Assembly (NCBI RefSeq): GCF_022539665.2
Contig: NC_081331.1
Coordinates: 7,130,001 to 7,194,000, forward strand
Direction of reading: 5' to 3'
Source: Daphnia carinata
Taxonomy: Eukaryota
Length of the DNA: 64,000 nucleotides
Shown here: positions 1 through 13,430 of the stretch, piece by piece
Layout: the number at the start of each line of letters is the position of its first letter
Numbering within the stretch: the first letter of the stretch is position 1
Notes under the pieces: generated by a model
Databases searched by the model: none
What the model was told of the DNA's origin: nothing
Seen by the model: only the letters and a program-made list of their open reading frames with translations
Position numbers and translations under genes: made by a program

Positions 1-3000
1 CAAGAGAAGATCTGGACTTTGTCGGCGAAACATGTAAGAAAGTTTGAGGGCTCCAACCAATTCTTCAGCATCGAGATTTCGACCAATCCATTCAGAGACT
101 TTCTCCAAAAAGGAGTCGCTGTAATTTGATTGCAGTTGAGCATAGGGTAACGCATCTGCCATTTCGTTTATTTTTTCCATCAGCAGAGGACACATCGGCG
201 AGTCTGGTTGAAGATCGAGTAGCGAAGAGGGAGTCGAACTATCGAGATCGGCTTCTATTCGCGTCTGCCACCACAACACCTCCAGCTCGACTAGGGCCTC
301 TTTCCGTATTGGTTTCACAAGTCGCATCCACTTCAGTGCGTGATCTATCATCAGATGAGATTCCCAAGAGGTTTGCGCTTTCGGCAAGACGTCCCGGAAG
401 AAGGTGGAAGCTAAATCAGGTCGTACATGGTGAACAGTTAAGAGTTGATGACAGCGGTTCCAAAATGCTGTCCTGAAGCGGAGCGAAGACGTTTGTGCCT
501 CATTTTGATTAGTTTGACTTTCGAACATTGTATGCAGCTGGGTAACAAAGATAGAATCCGCCGGTACATCAGAAATTTTGGCCAACTTTAAAGCTACGTC
601 AAAGTTACGTTGATCGAGAAGGATTTCAACAACTTTTAAACATTCCTGTTGGAACTGCAAACTGTTACTTCCTTGCATCAAATTGGCAATGTTCACATCG
701 ATTCCGGAATGGACACACAGCGTCACTATTTCTGCCAATAATCCGAAATCAGGAACTGAAACATCCATGGCCAAACAGTCAAACGGTTGAACATCCGCCC
801 ACATGGTCAACAGATCCTGCTGCTGATCGGCGTCCTCGATAAGGTAACACAGAGCCCATGACAAGATATGCAAAGCGAAGCGAAAGAGATTCATGGGTTG
901 GCGGAATAAAATCATATCGTCACCTTCTTCGTACAAGCCAATGGCATCACGGACTAGTTCTAGTTTATCACGTTCGCTTTCACCTTTCATAAAGGAGTCA
1001 AGCCAGTTGAGCATTCGGCTTAGCCAATGGTGAGGGACGAAGATATTAAAAGCTTCCAAAACAATGTGGAATCGATGTGAGCTCATAGCTTCCAGTACCA
1101 AGTTGCTTAACGTTTCTATATCAGGAATCGCCATCGTTGAGTTGTTCCCCAACATTGGTGAAATTTCGTGTAAATTTAATGAAAGATACACGCAGAGGCA
1201 AGGGTAAATCAGACGAGGTTCCAAAACAGCAGTAACAACTGCAAGTTCGACACTGCGATTGACCAATGAGGAGGTGAGAAGATTAGATGCATTCTCGGTG
1301 GAGCCTTGCAACAGTAATTGGTAGAAGGTTTCGTGTGGAGTAGTCGCATTGATTGCGGAAACGCTACTAGACGTTTGGCTGGTTTCTGCGGAGGATGACG
1401 GTTTCACGGACAATTGCAGATGAAGCTTGATCGGAGATGAAAACTCTCGAATTATTTCTATATATCTTTCAAATGGATAGTTGTAAGTCTGGATGAAAAG
1501 GAGGAAAATCAGCCATTGATTCCGGCTAGCGCACTGACTTAAAAATTTAGTCGGCAGTCCGAGGCTGTAGACGGTGCAGAACTCGATCGCTAGATGCCAG
1601 CTCGCGACGAGCTTAACCGCATCAGAATCATTGGAAGCATTCTTCAACAAGCTATCTTCAAGTAGCTCAATCAGACTACGCGCTGCAAGAGAGTCGATTA
1701 ACAGATCACGGGTGAGCTCCGCAAGATTTTTCCGATCTAACGCCGGATCTTGTGTGAGGCGTTGCAAAACGGCCAGAGTAGTTCTGACGGGATGTGCGTT
1801 GAAACCCAACATTTCAATCAACAAAATGCACGATCGCGAAATGGCATCACTCCACGGATCTTCTAGGCCTATGGCCTGGATTACAAACGGGTAGGTTGCG
1901 ATTTCTTCTTTGGTTTTGACGGTTTGTTGTAGGTGGAAGAACGCTCGGAACGGCCGACTCTGTTTCAAGTAAAACGTCCAATCGAGACACGTCGTTAAGC
2001 CTTGATTGGTTTCATGAGTATTTTCTGCCCGAGGAGTATGAGGGTTTCCTAACAAGGCCCACTCTTTTTGAGAGCATTTGAAAAAATTTGTCACGTTGAT
2101 AGGGACTTCTCCGACCAGCAACTGATGGATTGACGGATCTTCGGCGGTATTATCCCAAACATGCGCAAACATAGACAGACTCTTGAGGGCTTTTGACATA
2201 ATGCCATCAGGAATTAAGATTGGATTGAGTAAGTGGAAAAATAAGGCCACAAAGGGATGCTTCATCCAGAATTCTTCTTCGGTAAGATGATTCGCCTCCT
2301 TTAGAAGAGTATTATTTAAACGACACAGTTCGACAAAACCGTCGGAATCGCTAGGGTCCAATTTCCATGACTGAAATCTTTGAACAAGCTTCATCCAAGT
2401 CGGGCGCTCATTCAAATCATTGTTTCCATCGGAAATAAGGTCGTAAAACAATTCCGGGTTGAACTCGTGAGCACAATAATCGAGGGCCGCAGTCCTAATC
2501 GACTGTAACGTAACGTTTGCGAGAGGCTTGCGAACAATATTCTCCATTTGATGAAATTGACCGCTGGATAGAAGACGTGCAATGAGTGCTACGAGATTCT
2601 GATGTTCGCATTCGGCGAAGACACCTTGATTGGCTAGTAAATTCAAGACAGAATCCCTCGTGTCGTTGTTTTTGCATTCGGCAGCCATATCAACCATTGC
2701 GTTACTTATTGGCCAGATATACGGAATATTTTCATCAACAAAATGATTAGACGGCGCCTGATTCTCAATCCATTTCTTCAGGGTCGAGAGAATTTGTTTA
2801 TTCAACATGACTTGCCAAACATCTTCCGGCTGGATTCTCGCTAATATTTGCTCGTCTAACGGGAAGGTAATAGAAATAGAAAATTAACACAAGGCGCTAA
2901 AATACACATAGCAATTTGATTACTTTTCGATTGTAGGAAGGCCTCTGCTAAATAAAGACTTCTTTGTTTTGAGTCCCACCCCAAAACAGTTTCCATAGTT

Positions 3001-5081
3001 AAGACGGGCACATTACCCAGCGAGTCTCTGACATAGCACTCCGCGAAAGTAATGAAATCCAAACAATTCATTAACTCCGCAGTCCATAGGTGGCGTTGTT
3101 GCATGATTTCCACCAGTTTTTCTCTCGATTTTGGATCTGAGGCTTGAAGGCAGATTTTCTCCCATGTTCCAGGAACTTCACAGCCCTAAAAAATAATTTA
3201 GAAAATCTTGCATTACACTGAATTATGCATAATTCGGAGATAACCGAATATCTTACCAGATTTCTTATCATTGTTTCCGCTTCGTCAATCATTCGAAAAT
3301 CATACGTCACAATACCCTGCTGAATTTCGCTTATAATGGCGTTTCGTATCGAATTCAAGTCTCTGAAATTGCAATCACCTCGGATAGATAGCTCGTACTG
3401 AGCTGGGTACACAAAAATTAAAAGATACGTATGAACACATAAATAAGCAAGCTTTTCCTTAAAAGCCATCAGATATTGAGTTATTCTCACCTAAGGCAAG
3501 ATGATTGTGGATAAGCGCGTCTTTAACTATGCTGTATTCATCCCATCCATGCCATTTTGTAGTCAATTCTTGAAACACTGCATTTTCGTCGAAATTGGCG
3601 GGCTCCTGAGGCTTTACGGGCAATAGCTCTTGCCACGCAAAGATTAAATTGAAAATAGTTGCACAATCAGGGAATTTCTTATAAGCTCGACCGGCGAATC
3701 CTAGGCTGAGCCCTAATACTTGAAGGCCAAACGAAGATGTCGAACTTTTTTTTCAATTGAGGAACAAACTTGGTGATGAGAGCTGTTCTTGGTTGAAACG
3801 CTTTCACCGTTAACAAGCTTGGTAATCAGGAAATTGTCGAGTACACGTAGGATATGGCAAATTTCAACTTCGACACCCTCTTCAGCAATCTTTAAGATAT
3901 TTGCTATGCTCTCCAAATGTTGCGAATTGATTGCAGTGGCTAGCAAAGACGCCCGAACATCGATGCTGACCGTAACGTCGACTCGTTCCGATTCTTTCAG
4001 GTCACGAATGGAATTGTTTTTCATTACTTTATCATATCGATCAAATCGCTGAGAAAAAATAATTGTTTCATGGATACCAACACTGCAACAGTAAATCTTT
4101 TGAAAAGTTGCAAGGTTGAAAAGGAGGTATTCTTCAGGTTGTCGCGTGAACACAGCAATATAGCTAGTCCCCATTGAGATTTCACAAACATTTTTTCCAT
4201 CTTGTAATAAGAGCCTGAGTTTCTTCTTGCCAACTAAAAGGCTATCAGTCAGGATCACAAACATTTTCCCATCAGGACCTGCTGATATTCGTCTCACAGG
4301 GCTTACTGGTAAGCTGTCAGAAAATTCTAGCTGAACAGTCTGCTTTACCTTTCCCTCAAACAAAGAATATAAATCTGAAAGAATGTTTCCATTACTTGAT
4401 GTCTGCAATTTAAAGAATTATGAACTTACGGAGACTTTGGGTATGTGGTTCATAGTTTACAAATATTTTATCACAAAAGCTCCAAACTGCAAATTCTCCC
4501 ACTTCTAGGGCCCAAATAATATCAGTCTCTTGGTCTGATTTCCAGCTTAGGCAAGCAATTTGCTTTACCGAAGTTTGTAGAATACAGAACCGCCGTTGAA
4601 AACTCAAACACAAGATTTGTTTTAGGCTGTCAAACTCCTGAAATGAAGAAGTATATCTAGTAAGAAATTTGTTGATCATTCTAATTACATGATTTACATA
4701 TACCAGTCTCTTCAGAATAAGATGTTTCAATAATGTTTCAGCTGCCAGCCGCATAGATGTGGTAGGGGAATTTCTTCTAAATGATTTACACTCCAAATCT
4801 CCATTTCTCTTGCTGAGAAGCACCATTGATTCTTCATGGTGCCAAATAGTACTTGAATATTAAAACGAACTAATTCGTTAAACCCTTATAAGTAATGAGA
4901 TTTCTAAATCCTGTTTGTACCTTCGTACGTTTTCAACTTCCCATATTGGTTTGACTAGCTCACTCTCAGCTGAGGGCTGAAAACGAAAAACCGACAGCAC
5001 ATGATTTTCTCGTAACACTGAAATATGTCTTCCTTCTCTTGATATGTAAGCTCTCAGTACAGGAGGATTTCGGATATCCAT
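1..5081 (-). CDS. SPG11: Spatacsin (spastic paraplegia 11 protein), multi-exon, 3' end truncated by window
   Basis: Phase-consistent GT-AG model on minus strand: exons ~5081-4921, ~4830-4430 (internal structure uncertain), 4374-3808, 3712-3491, 3402-3257, 3185-2924, 2855-<1 (sampled stretches stop-free and no terminated ORF in this frame in the track). Peptides resemble spatacsin as recalled: IVKDALIHNHLALAQ; MIRNLGCEVPGTWEKICLQASDPKSREKLVEIM; WLIFLLFIQTYNYPFERYIEIIREFSSPIKLHLQLS; FWNRCHQLL; WIGRNLDAEELVGALKLSYMFRRQSPDLLL. Start codon uncertain. Confidence 0.88.
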
Positions 5082-5474
5082 ACTTGAGTGAGATGGTCCC
5101 TCTCGGCCAGTTCCGATAACACGTTGTTGTGGAATGCGTCAAAACAAAGTAAGAATATCGGATAGTCGACGCGATAGCCGATAGTTACGGAAAATCGATT
5201 TAAAAAAAAAAAACGATACGTAACATAATAACCTTGTACTTCTAAACGAATAGAAAACTACATCCTCGATTTCGCATTCGTTTTCAACAGATAGGCTAAT
5301 GTGTTGTTTCAACAAAAGCTATAACACCTGTTTGTACCTCCTGTGCCTTCTTCTACCTTACAATGTGTTGGTAAGTATTTCAACAATCATTCTCGAGGAT
5401 AGGTATTGAAGATGGAGTTTAAGTGTATCTGTCATAATGTTTACTATGTTGCAGTATCATTTTCCTAAATTCAC

Positions 5475-5990
5475 AGCGTTTGCAGTTGGTAAACATCAGC
5501 ATCGATAACCTTCGGCAAAAAAAGACAATACGCGACGGCGTATCGTTTCATTCGAAATTTGTAAAGCCTGTAATATGTTCTTCATGTCATCATGCACAGA
5601 ACGCGGCAACTGCCTTTTCGATTTAGCGAAATGGTTAGTCTGACAATGCTTGCTTAACGTCCTTGACCATGAACGCTTTGACACTTTGATCGTTAGATGC
5701 ATGGTTTCATCAAAAAGAACCTTGAAATTTTATCTTTCGCCTCCACAATTCCTATCGAAAACGGGTAATAGGTAAAAACACCTGATGGCCACAAGAGTCC
5801 GGATTAATGAATAACACGCCTTACATTCATTACTGTTAGCCCTAAGGAGAGATACGAACGAAAGAGATAATGAAACTTTTTTTTTTTGTTTTGGCGATAT
5901 ACATTCATTTTTACTGTGTGAATCCAGTAGCTCGTAGACACAACAGCTGTCATGGAAACCTAGCCTCTTGATGGTTTTTTCCCACATGAT
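5475..5990 (-). mobile_element. Possible decayed hAT-family (hobo/Hermes-like) transposase N-terminal fragment
   Basis: Stop- and frameshift-ridden minus-strand pieces in the expected order: CxxC (ECKACYSLI, BED-finger-like), QSVKAFM, IEKAVAAFCA, GFTNF, VIDADV/LPTANAV (recalls hAT 'ELLPSPITLSR'). No TIRs or TSD identified. Confidence 0.3.
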
Positions 5991-7705
5991 ATAGCGACAG
6001 CCGACGTTTAGTTTTCTGCCTGTTGTTTGTTCTACAAAATATGGCGTTTTATAATTTTAAACTGTTTTCCACCTATCACAATTTTTAAGAGGAATGCAAG
6101 CAGAGTTTTAGATAAAACTGTAGTTTGGTCCCAATGGAGATGAGGAATAAATTCCTAGTATCGTCGGCTTAGGTAATGCCAAAGCGAACGGTTGCTCACC
6201 ATTGAGGACATCTAATGCGAGTGACCTGAATTGATACCCAAGTCCATCCAAAAAAGGCAGAATGAGTCGACGAAAGGTCTCGCTCCCATTTCTGATAGTC
6301 GGGGACGCTGGTAAGTGGCTCCTCTTTCCTCTTTTATGCCTTTTATTCTCAAATTTTCCCTCTCTTTAAGTAAAAAAACATTTGAGACATGTTCGGAAAT
6401 GACTTTATGGTACCCACCATCGTACGGTCGTTGGCGATACTAAACTGTCCAAGTCCCAACTGCTCCATCCGAGTGGTTCAATGCCGTTTTACTATTATTT
6501 TTTAGAGCCGTCACCCTCTATCCCATCTTCATTATACTCTCTGTACCATTCGTAAATCAATCTCTCATTTACAGTTACCAATCCGTTGCTTGCCGTATCG
6601 GATTCACAATTTTTGAGGGCAAAAAAAAGAGAGAGAAAAAAAAATAAAACAAAAATTCAGGACGTGAAGACTACGTTTGCCCTGATCCTATTTCACACTA
6701 TCTTTTTTCTGCCTTTTTTTTTTTTTTTTGAGAGCCAATTTGACCTCGTGTCGACTTTGAATAGAGCCGTAATGGCTCTGACTTCCGTTTATGTAATTTG
6801 CACTTTCTGAAGAATGCCTCAGAAATCGTGGTAAACTTTGGTAAACATGTGCTGAGAGGGACAAAATAAACTCACATTGCTTTACTTGTTATTCGTTTCT
6901 ATTCTGTACGCCTCCATCTTTCGACTTTCTGTGCGATGACGTAACACAATGGGCGCCAATTATCCGATTCACATGCTTGTGGGGCAACCAAATAGTAGGT
7001 AATCGTCTTTTAATGCTTGAAAATGTATGATAGGTTCCCTGTCATCTGCCTGGTGATATCTCTGACGAAGGTGTTCTAATTTGGTAGAATATGTCACGAC
7101 ATCCGTTTGATATGGCACAGGATATGATGAAAATAAATTGCATCTCAACCTGAAAGTGAATCAGTGATTTTAGGATTGACCTGAAAGCACCGCTATCAGA
7201 TTTGGTTACGCAAACATTTCCGTTCAACTTCAATAATGGCGTTATTCATACAACACTCAAACATAAAAATTCAACAAAAAAAAAAAAAGAAAAGAAAACT
7301 CTTTTGGGAAACATTGATAATTGTTTTCCAGAATTTTTACAGTTTGCTTTTTTTTTTTTTCTTCTTCTTCTTCTTTTAACCATAATCAGTAGCAATCGTT
7401 CCATCACGATGATCACGACCAAAGGGAAAGGCGGAGCTCGGCGAGAACCGGTCATAGGATTGGGCGTTTAGCGCGGGGTGGGGGAATGAGGAGATAGAAG
7501 GCGGTGCTTATCCATCCCCAAGAGTAAAAGGCACCTGGTTGGCTTGTTGGCCAAACAGGCCTGTCGAAGAAGACGCGGGGTACGAAGAATAGAAGGAGGG
7601 AGGAGGAGGGGGATACCAAAAAAAAAAAAGGGGGCGCCACATATGCACAGACACACACACACACACATTCGAATAGTTGGACAATCCTCCAAAGTTGGTC
7701 CGCAT

Positions 7706-7739
7706 TCATTGATTCGGTTGATCTCGGAGAGACAAGACC
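7706..7739 (+). promoter_or_regulatory. Candidate Inr+DPE core promoter of the ARID3 gene
   Basis: TCATTG (5/6 match to TCAKTY, A+1 at 7708), G at +24 and AGACC (RGWYV) exactly at +28..+32. No ATG between here and the in-frame ATG at 8060. Confidence 0.4.
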
Positions 7740-8059
7740 GCGCTTTTTTTTTGACCGTTGTTTTTTTTTCGGTTCTTTTTTTTCCCCTCCCTTTCACCTT
7801 AACGTGCGTGTGTGTGTGTGTTGGTGTCTTCAGCGTGGCGAACGGATTTTGACAGTGCTTCTTTTTTTTTTGCCCACAATTGTGTGTGTGTTAACGAAAA
7901 AAAAAAAAAAAAAAAAAACGAAACGAAAAGGGAGAACTTGTTGTTATTCTTCTTACCATTATTATTTCGGGGGGCGATTTTCGGTACATTGATTACCGGA
8001 AATTACTTGAACCAGTGTCGTCGGGGGATTGAAATCAGGAGAAACGAGAAGATTGATTG

Positions 8060-8173
8060 ATGCTTTTGTCACCCGGCTCCGCTGAGAAAGTGTCCAAAAT
8101 TCGCGTCAAAAACCGAGAACCCGTGCCCTCCTATCGGATGGATCGCAACGACGATGAAATCGATGCGATGATG
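8060..8173 (+). CDS. retn: ARID3 exon 1 (putative)
   Basis: In-frame ATGs at 8060 and 8138 (MDRNDDEIDAMM), strong donor GTGAGT at 8174, phase 0 matching exon 2. Confidence 0.6.
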
Positions 8174-11100
8174 GTGAGTCCCATTTTTTTTATATATTTA
8201 AATTTGATTCGATATTGTTTTTTTTTTTTCAATATTGCTTTCTGAACCGACCGGTCTTTGACCCAAGTAATTGAAACATTTTGCCTCCCCCCCCCCTTTT
8301 TTATGGTTCATTTTTTTTTGTGTGTGTTGTTGTGGGGGCTATGTTACGTGTTCATCGACCTGCCAAAGCTCTTGAGGGGGGTAAAAGGAAAAAAAGAAAG
8401 AAAGGATTGTCGGCTATTTTATTATGACCTGAAAAGAAAAAAAAAAAGGACATTTTTTTCTTTTCTGGTAGTCTACTTCTTTTTTTTTGTGTGTCTTTCG
8501 AGAAAAGAAATGTCACACAGCGTGTGACAGTTACCATGTGTTGTTTGAAGATTATGGCTAGTACATTGAGGCGTATTTAATCGACATTGAGAAGAAAGAG
8601 ATGACCTTTGATGACCTCGCTTTTCTTTCCGCATCTATCAGTTTGACGCGAAAATGTCCAGTCATTTTTTTTTTCATTTTTATATACATATTTTTTTTTT
8701 CTGTTAGGGGGGAGAGAATTGATAATAGATAGGGAAAAAGGGAAGAGGAGGGGTTAAGTGGTATCAACTCTTTTTGGTATGAAAAATGCCCTTTCTTTTT
8801 TCCATCTAGCCTTGATATTTCCCCCCCCCCCCTCTAAAATAAGGGTGGGTAACCTTTTTTCTCTCTTTTTTTGTGAGCCCATCCCCCTTTTTTTCGTATC
8901 GAAATTGGCGCCCTTCCGATCGATTCGAATTGACAAGGGTAAGGGTTTTTTTTTTTTTTTTTTTTTTTTAAGTTGAGAAATAGGAGGAGAGGTCGCCTTT
9001 TTTTTTTCCAACAAAAGATCAAGAATGAAAAAACATCATTTTTATAATTGGTACTCGAACCATATTAAAATCTAGAAGAAAAAAGGTCAAAAAAAAAGAA
9101 GGGGGAGGGTTATTTTAGCCGATCGGTGAGTGGGAATGGTAGATAAAATTTGCATAGGATTTGAAATTGTGAAACGATTTCTTCGAACATCGACGATGGA
9201 TAAAAAAAAAAAAAGGCCTGACCTGAAATGCGTCGAATAGAAACAAAAAGAAGGAAAGAAAAAATATCCGATGTACAAGTTAGTTTATATCTATGCCACC
9301 CACATGGTTCAAGGTCGGATGAATTTGACCTGTCTCTCTCTAGTTCTTGTGTTTGAAAAAATTAACGTGTATGCATGTTCTATCAAAGTCTCGGATGACG
9401 AGGCGGATTCGTCAGAGTTTCGTTTCACATCGTCGGGCATATTTTCTGAATCCCCCCCCCCCTTCTTCCTCCTTGTATCTTTGAATGCAAATGACAAATC
9501 GCTTATCATATTTTTGTTTATTTATCGAGTCACGTTTGGACGCCCCTCTGCTATGAGATGAATATCGAAGCGTCTGCGCATTTGAATGTCTGATTGATTG
9601 GCGCGCCATTGACTTTAAATCGCAAGCATTTGAATAGGCTCACGTCCCGCTGTCACATTTCCGTTTGGATGGCGTCACGCGTCCCCTCTATTCGAATTGA
9701 TTCGAGATAAAAAAAAAAAGAAAAAGAATGGGAGTGGGTAGGGATTTAAATTAGAAAAAAAAAAAAAAATTCAGTTTGCGTGAGTCAGACGTGGACTGAT
9801 TAATTGTGTCAAGTTGACCATATGGTTATAAAAGAAAGAAAGAAAGGGCTGGCGTTTCCTTGCCAACGTATTTGTAATCTGCCACGAGCAGCTGGAACGA
9901 GGGATCGATTTTTTTTGCCATCCTCAGCGCATTGTTTTCCGTTGCGGGGTGTTGTGGTTGCTTGCGGACACACGCATTATTGGGCCAAGTCATCCGAGAC
10001 GATCATGCGTGTGAATCGCTTTGCAATTTGAATTAAGATGAAATCATAATAATGCGCCCCTGTTTTTTTCTTTTTCTTTTTTATTTCTTTTCTTTCTCGT
10101 GTGTGTGTGTGTGTGTGTGTGTGTGACCCAACCGAGGGCTTCTCGTTTCGCCAACAGCTGGAGGGCATGAAAATGTCGAGTAAAAACCGGTTTGGCCAAA
10201 ATAATAATAATAATAAAAAAAATGTTTAAAAGAAAATCCCTTAATGGATCGCGGACACAGAAAATAACCCGAAAAAGCAGAAGCGTAGGAAGAAATATAA
10301 ATTGGTGTGTGTGTGTGTGTGTGTGTGTCGGTCTATTAACCGTAGAGTAGTAGTAAGTAGTTGTGTAGAGGATGGATATGTAAAAAAAAAAAAAAAAGAG
10401 CGAACTGAGAGACACGGGATAGACTTGAATTTGATGGGGGTGAAATAACCTGCGTTTTGGTTCGAAGGTCGTTTTCCTTTTTTTTCTTCTTCTTCTTCTT
10501 CTGGTAGGACGACTATCTCGGATATTTTGCCTATAAGGAGGGAGAAGGGGGGGGGGCATTAAAAACACCCACTCTTTGTGAAAAAAAAAAAAACCCCTTT
10601 TGGTTCACAAATAAAAAGAGGGTATAAGCCCATAGAGTTAGAGAGAGAGAACGAGAAAGAAAGGCAAAAAAAAAAAAAAAAAAAATGCGCGACTGGGTGT
10701 CGCCATAAGATTTATGTCAATTTAGACCCTGTGTGTGTAGTAACCGATTGGTGTGTTTTTTCTCTCTTTTTTTTCTCTCCTTCTTCTCGGCTCCAGTCGT
10801 AAAAAAAAAAAAAACGCACACCCAAACCCTTTCGGAAGAAAAAAAAAAAGGGAGGCAAAAAAAAAAAAATCTGCAATTAATGAAGTCTGAAGTTTTTTTT
10901 TTTTTTTGCTTATTCACAAACCCGTTTCTTTTTCTTTCTTTCCCCAATTGAGCGGCTTCTCTTACGCGCAATGGCCGGGCCGTGTGTTCCGGTTACGACA
11001 CTTACACACACACACACACACAACCTGTATATTTTGTATTACTCTATTTTTTTTTTCTTTTTTCGTTTTATGATTGAGAATTATTATTTTTTTTTTTTCG

Positions 11101-11651
11101 TATTCGAAACATGCGGATGTCAATCGATGTTGAGTTATCGCACTCGGTTCCGCTTTTTATTTTAAATTTACTTAAACCCCTCCCCCACCGTCCCTTCCAA
11201 ACACACTAATATTGGGACCCAACCGGATGGAGCCATGTGTGTTCTGTCATTTTTTTCAATGTTTTTTTTTTTTACTCTCAAAGTCTCTTCCCCCCCCCCC
11301 CCCCTTTTCAATTTAGGGAATTTTTTTTTTTTTAATTTTTAGTTATTTTTTTTTTTTCAAAATGTTCCAGTGAGGGGGAGTAGAACACAAACAAGGGCGT
11401 TGCAAAAAATCACGGCACTGAAGGAAAGGGGGGGGGGACTGAATCCAAGGTGCACATTTTCAAGTCGAGATTGAAGCATGACTGGAACACAATTTTGTTT
11501 TCCCCCCACGTTGCAATACGTGTGATGGCTTGGCGCGCGCGTTATTTTAGACGCATTTCTTTTCACAAATGACCCGCTGCGGATGTGTATCTCCCCGCCG
11601 CGTAATCACTCGCATCGTAAAAAAAGGAAAAAGAAAGGAATCTTGGAAAAC

Positions 11652-11682
<31 letters not shown>

Positions 11683-12768
11683 GAAGAAGAGTTCCTTCAA
11701 TAATTTAAATAAAATGGAGGAAAAAAAAAAAATAAAATGTCAAGAATGTGTGAGGTCATCACATTCAATATTTGAAGAACGGCATTTGGATTGTGCAGGA
11801 ACGGGAAGAATGACGACAACGGCATGTCTGTTATCTCGAACTGATGATTTGTCACGATATCCTTTTCCAATGAATAAAATGAGTCGCTTCGGTGTTTTGT
11901 GTATGTGCGAGAGAAGGAAACGAAAGGGGGGGGGGGGGTACGGTAAAGGATTTTGTGTCAACTAAACGACCGAAACCTTAGTAAAAAAAACAAAAACAAC
12001 AAAGAATCAAGACTATTTACTACTGGCAAAAGAGACAGGTGCATTAATTGAATCAGACGGGACACGGGATGAAGTGCGGCAACGTTATAAGCTCGTTACA
12101 GCGTCGTCGTCGTTTTGATCGCATGCGATCAATCTTGGCCCAAGTCTACGATATGACACACACACACAATGTTGAGTGCACACATTTCAAATGTGTGTGT
12201 CTACATTTTCGAATGTCGTATATGTTTTCCTTGTTTGCTTCTTGGATGATTGGATTACACGCGCACGCATAGGCCTTTTGCTCGAGCTTAACTCGTCCCC
12301 CCCACCTGGAAAACAAAATAATAATAATAATAATAAAAAAAAGGTACGGGTCACACGTACTAATAATAGGTTTCCTTGTCCTCCTCTTGTTTGTTTTCGA
12401 TCGAAAAAAGAAACCTTAACGATATCAAGACGTCAGTCAAAATACCACCTTGCCTTGTCTCATTCACCCTCCTATTCGAGACGTGAGATTAGCAATAATG
12501 TCATTTCATTTTTTTTATACCGTGTTGATATCCAACGAACCTGTAAGTCACATTCAAGTAGAGTCAAGAGAAACCTTAGATGACAAATATCATCCCCACT
12601 CCCTTCCCCCCATCGACTGCGCGCTCTTTAAGATATCGTGATTCCATTTGTATATCATTTGCCGCACGCCCTCCCCCATCGTTCGTTTGCAAACGAGTTG
12701 AGTTTTTTTTTTTTTTTCCTATGTGTTTGACGTGCTGATTGAAGCCTTGCGTAGTGTTATGACCGCCT

Positions 12769-12807
<39 letters not shown>

Positions 12808-13394
12808 GTCGTAGCGAACGCCTACGCCAAATATCAGTGTCAATGGATTTTCTGGGAATGAGGAAACGAGAGAGAGAAAGAATAAAAAAAAAAAAAGGAA
12901 AGACAATTTAGGACATGTTTGTTGATGCCGTTGAGGAAACAATTCACGCAAACTGATTGTCGTCCGGCTTTTGGTGTCCTGTGTGTGTGTGCGTGGGTGT
13001 GTGTGTGTGTGTGAGTAGTGTTTGAGTAGTGTTTGGCTCGTAAAAACCAACTCTTATCCTAACAAGAGGCCGGGTGTCCTGTTGTGTCAAATCTTTTTTT
13101 CTTTTTCTAACACACTTGACTGCGTGTGCGTGTTGTTATTATTCTAATAGGCAACAACAACAACGAGTCAGGTGGTGCATGGGAAAAATAAGACGGGCCG
13201 TTTATTCAAATGGTCGAACGGAGGGGGGAGAGAGAGAGAAGTCGATGCGCGTTTGATATCTCACGATTCTCTCGTCATTGATTATTATTTACAAGTTCCG
13301 CCCCGAGATTTTGTGAAACGTCGGACGGACTGGCTTTGGTCCGGTCTATTTTGAGCGGTGGGCCTTGGTGGTGGGCCACGCGTACCCCCCCCCC

Positions 13395-13430
<36 letters not shown>

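Noticed and set aside
126..1894. Plus-strand ORFs 126-476 and 1574-1894
   Set aside because: Antisense shadows of the SPG11 large exon.
4403..4429. Apparent 27-nt micro-intron in SPG11 (GTAAGT...TTGCAG)
   Set aside because: It gives an immediate stop. The 55-nt intron 4375-4429 keeps the frame.
6218..6285. Hammerhead-like elements (CTGA...GACGAAA with complementary flanks GCGAGTGACC/GGTCTCGC)
   Set aside because: The core is CTGAATTGA rather than CUGANGA, and stems II/III and the NUH site cannot be built.
6465..6490. tRNA D-loop-like CCGAGTGGTTCAA
   Set aside because: No cloverleaf, T-arm or acceptor stem.
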